The notes beneath the pieces are model-generated. The model did not search any database. It had not been told where the DNA came from and was given only the letters and a program-made list of their open reading frames with translations. Position numbers and translations under genes: made by a program. From Nematocida ausubeli (Eukaryota), in contig NW_026515637.1 of assembly GCF_000738915.1 (NCBI RefSeq), forward strand, positions 682,001 to 746,000: DNA of 64,000 bases, in the 5' to 3' direction. Below are positions 60,421-64,000 of this stretch, piece by piece. Every line of letters begins with the position of its first letter. Position 1 is the first letter of the stretch.

Positions 60421-62679
60421 ATGGATTTAATTGATAATAATGAAAATAATATGATAGCAGCACAGTCTAATATCCCTCGAATGACAGTAACAATAGAATT
60501 TCCGCGGGAACTAACCCAAGAGCAGAGAGATCTCAAAAATGATCTTCTAACGATCTTTGCAAGTGCAAATGACTTGCAGAGAAAGATTTCGGATGCAACC
60601 GACAAAATGCTTATGAACACAGAAGTCTGGAAGGAGCTGATCACTATGAATTTCTCAGAAGAAGCAAGAAAAAGAAAAGTAGCACACTTCTTGGCTACAA
60701 ACTGGATAAAGGAGCAAAATGATGACCTTATTCATATTGTGGGTATGCTAAAGAGCAAAAACTGCCAGTTGAACAATATAAAGATGGAAGACAAGTCTAA
60801 GGAAGAAAGATTAGACCTCTTCCTGAAAGAAGTTGGCAGAACTATAGCACACTGGATAAAAATAGAATTTGCAATAGATCTAATAGTTGACAGAGACTAT
60901 AAAGACGCGCAAACCAAAGGTAATTCATTACGGATGACAACCCAGGAGAGAAACTATACAAAGGCTCTGCACCAAGCATATAGAATGATAATCAATGAAA
61001 GCAATATGATAAAAGACAAAAATTCAAACATGCACCACTATATGAAAAGCGTTGTGGAGAAATACTATCATCGGATATGTAATGTGATTAGACTGGACGA
61101 GAAAGATATAAAAGTACAGCCAGTTGATAAAATATTCATGCACAACCCAGATGCAGTTAATATTGAGGATATACTGCGAAGTATAGAGAGTAAGTTTGCA
61201 ATGGAGATGGAAAAAGCCCAGCATAATACACGTGCTCTAGTTATCGCATTAATAAGTGATTTGAAGACTATTTTGCAAAATTGGGATGACATTGTGAAGG
61301 CGGAGGAGACGGTAAGAAAACTTTTCTACAGTGAAAAACTAGAGAACTTAGTATACAATTTGAATGGAAGGGATGAGAATACTTTGAAAGAATTCAACAA
61401 GAAGCTAGACAAGTATATAAGCCAACACATAAAACGAAAAGAAGCTGATGTGTTAAAAGCACATGCGAAGATACATGGGATACAAAGTAAAACAGAGTAT
61501 CTTCTTAAGATATACCACAACTTGATAAATCTTATCAAAAATAACGGTGATATTATCAAGAAGGCAAAACAGATAGAGTTTTCTACAAATATTATTCAGT
61601 GTCTGGGCGGAGGCGAACTGTATAAGATTTATTCTTATCAAGCAGAAAGCCGTGTGCAGCCATTCAGTAGAGAGCAGAAGAGTATAGTAAATAACTACGG
61701 TATTGGGTCAAAGAGAAAGATTTTTTCATCTTTAGGCAGGCTGATTTCATTATTTTGGTCAAGACGCATGCACCATGTGGTCTATGAAAGCACAATACTC
61801 CAGGAAAACACACAACAGTTTGGCAATGGATCTGTGTTGAGTAAAACCATGAATGTATTAAAAGACACGGCAAACGGAATATGCAGCGCATTTGATGATA
61901 TTGAGGAAGTATGTGTGAAGGCAGCTACTGAGACAATGAGTGCAGTAGGTCTCTCACGTATGGAAAATTCCTATGAATATATTGAGAACAAGCCTATGCA
62001 AGAGCCAATTGTTGAAGAAAACTCGCAGCCACTAAGGCATACTCATGTGGATGCTTCAAATGGTGCACCTGCATGGATAAGAACAGAGCCCTCAACAAAA
62101 CCTCTTATAATAGCCCATACTGTGCCGTTTTTGATAGTTACTGCTATTCTACTAAGACTATCAATATACTCTACGACTATGGGATTTGGGCTGGTTATAA
62201 AATATCTTAAAAATACAGCAGCATTCAATTTATTTAAAGTTAATGCGGGTTTAATCGGATTAATTGGGATTTTTTTAGTCAAAAATACTACTAATATTTT
62301 ATTAACAACTGCTAAGGATATATGGAATAGAAAAGCCAAAGGCAGTGCTATCTGCGCTGCAGTGATTGTATTATACACTACTGTGGTGGTTGGGTCTGGC
62401 TTATTAGGTCCCCTTACATTAAATGTGCAAGAGTTAGAGGTAAGCTTATACTGGATAGTAATATTTGCTCTTACAACTTGGGCATTTGTTAAATATGATA
62501 GGGACCTTAGAGAAGAAATAGAGGAAGAGGAGTATAGTTCGGAAAACTTCAAAAAGGTTGATAGAAGCACCTTCATAGTATGTTTCTGTTGTTTCTCAAC
62601 TACTTTAATCACTTTACTTTTCTACGTAATGCATGAAACAATCAAATATGTTGCGCCTGTTAAAGTCAATACGTTATAA
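60421..62679 (+). CDS. Lineage-specific protein: long helical N-terminus plus ~4-5 C-terminal TM helices
   Basis: 752-aa ORF with CCC before the ATG, multiple hydrophobic segments in the last ~190 aa, AATAAA after the stop. Confidence 0.85.
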   Translation: MDLIDNNENNMIAAQSNIPRMTVTIEFPRELTQEQRDLKNDLLTIFASANDLQRKISDATDKMLMNTEVWKELITMNFSEEARKRKVAHFLATNWIKEQNDDLIHIVGMLKSKNCQLNNIKMEDKSKEERLDLFLKEVGRTIAHWIKIEFAIDLIVDRDYKDAQTKGNSLRMTTQERNYTKALHQAYRMIINESNMIKDKNSNMHHYMKSVVEKYYHRICNVIRLDEKDIKVQPVDKIFMHNPDAVNIEDILRSIESKFAMEMEKAQHNTRALVIALISDLKTILQNWDDIVKAEETVRKLFYSEKLENLVYNLNGRDENTLKEFNKKLDKYISQHIKRKEADVLKAHAKIHGIQSKTEYLLKIYHNLINLIKNNGDIIKKAKQIEFSTNIIQCLGGGELYKIYSYQAESRVQPFSREQKSIVNNYGIGSKRKIFSSLGRLISLFWSRRMHHVVYESTILQENTQQFGNGSVLSKTMNVLKDTANGICSAFDDIEEVCVKAATETMSAVGLSRMENSYEYIENKPMQEPIVEENSQPLRHTHVDASNGAPAWIRTEPSTKPLIIAHTVPFLIVTAILLRLSIYSTTMGFGLVIKYLKNTAAFNLFKVNAGLIGLIGIFLVKNTTNILLTTAKDIWNRKAKGSAICAAVIVLYTTVVVGSGLLGPLTLNVQELEVSLYWIVIFALTTWAFVKYDRDLREEIEEEEYSSENFKKVDRSTFIVCFCCFSTTLITLLFYVMHETIKYVAPVKVNTL

Positions 62680-63095
62680 TACAAATAAAGAAGTTTCATT
62701 ATATGTTTATTGCAGAAATATAATTGCATCCAACTAACTGAATTTACACATGCATTTTGAAGTGCTTTCGGGTTAAATAGATCTAGAAAATACATAGCCA
62801 AAGTATATTATGTCTGTTTATCTAAGTAGACTTATTTAGAAGCTAATATGCGAGGTTAATTAAATAGCCTCTTCAAAAAGATTCTTCCTATGCCTCAAAT
62901 TCTAGTCTATTATGAAAAATAGACGAAAAGTAAAGTATATATTAAGCGACCTTAAAAATGCTGTGTGCTATGGAGTTTTTTATTCTATCCCCTATATATC
63001 TATGTGCGCCAGGATAGAAAGTCTTTTCAATAAAATTACACCATGTGCAACTGCTGCAAAAATTAGCATAAATACAAAATAGTTTTATATAGCAT

Positions 63096-63332
63096 ATGAC
63101 TGTGCCCAAAAAGACTGCGCTGAGGTCTCTTCATAATATAGTAGAAGAGCTGTCTGGCATTTTGCACAAAATATCTGAGCAGCAGGAGGTGGACGGAGAA
63201 ATATCTCGATTTGTGCAGTCTGTGGAGGACTTAAAGGGATACTTTGAAGAGATTGACTGCAAAGAGTGTCCTCCTGGACAGGACCTAGGGATTGGATCCC
63301 GTTCAATTCTTTCGCATCTAGAAGACAACTAA
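63096..63332 (+). CDS. Small helical hypothetical protein (78 aa; weak resemblance to a small Mediator subunit such as Med11)
   Basis: ATG ORF with raised GC and two amphipathic helices. Confidence 0.55.
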   Translation: MTVPKKTALRSLHNIVEELSGILHKISEQQEVDGEISRFVQSVEDLKGYFEEIDCKECPPGQDLGIGSRSILSHLEDN

Positions 63333-64000
63333 GCCCCAAATATCCTATAGAATTCGGGCGTATTCAGAGTATGTGCCCATTAATGGTAAAGAGAACAGAG
63401 TACTGAACACATTTTAGATTCTTTAAATCAGGCAGCATTGGAGTATGCTTATTTCTATTGACAAAGAAACTCGCTGTCCTGCAGAAGAGTAGAACTCGCA
63501 CTAGTATTCCAAAATAAATATGAAAAGCAAAACTGTCTGGAATATTTGTGTTTTCCCGTAGCGGGATGGGGTATAGAATAGCATCTGCTGCTCTTAAGTA
63601 GAGCCTTAATTCACTGTCTTTATAGTTTATAAAGGCTTTTGTTTCTTTGTTAACTTGTGCTAAGCATTTGACAATTTAATAAACCAAAGGCACCTTCTAT
63701 ATGACAACTAAGCTGCAATGTAATTATAAATAGAAAAATTATTCACAGTAAGTGGACAAATCTACTGTAAATATACTTGATATCTTAAAGATGTTGGTGT
63801 TAAATTTTAATATTTATTTGAAAGCCTAGCCCCTTTAAATAGCCAGGCCTTTAGTTTAACTTTAATGTTCTATTTAAAAAACACACCAATTAATTTATGA
63901 CAGGTTATGCCAACAAACATTACTATTTTGTTGTTATTGCTGCCAAGTAACACATATTTTGTCCAATGCCACACAGAGTATACAACAGGTATAAACAACT

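Noticed and set aside
1..64000. Autonomous transposon, rRNA or spliceosomal introns
   Set aside because: No transposase or RT ORF, rRNA-like sequence or intron-split gene was recognised.

Overview
Gene-dense, AT-rich eukaryotic DNA with no visible introns. It is most consistent with a microsporidian, probably Nematocida or a relative; this is inferred from compact divergent fungal-type genes, CCC/GGG-like motifs before ATGs and a trehalase with a signal peptide. Recognisable genes: RMD1-family, L-type lectin cargo receptor, trehalase, RNR2, XPF/Rad1, Rpt2, alpha-SNAP-like, Skn7-like HSF+receiver, exosome RNase PH subunit, Utp12/Dip2, MADS-box SRF/Mcm1, Med7-like, KIX/Med15-like, Spt6, Rpc2, Qb-SNARE, Rps2 and tRNA-Lys(CTT). 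Several lineage-specific secreted or membrane proteins are also present. The most striking signal is non-genic. The motif ATAACCCGA/TCGGGTTAT is scattered over the whole window on both strands, forms tandem arrays with alternating 10/11-bp spacing, and is written in-frame into many unrelated proteins (recurring ITRYNP/TRNNP/TRDNP peptides). Two 20-21-bp repeat families form composite, often inverted arrays in the 0.7-13 kb and 44.8-45.7 kb zones. Other points: E2F-like sites upstream of RNR2, a Skn7 receiver lacking the phosphoacceptor Asp, and a ~160-bp inverted dispersed repeat pair. All calls and counts are by eye, without database searches.
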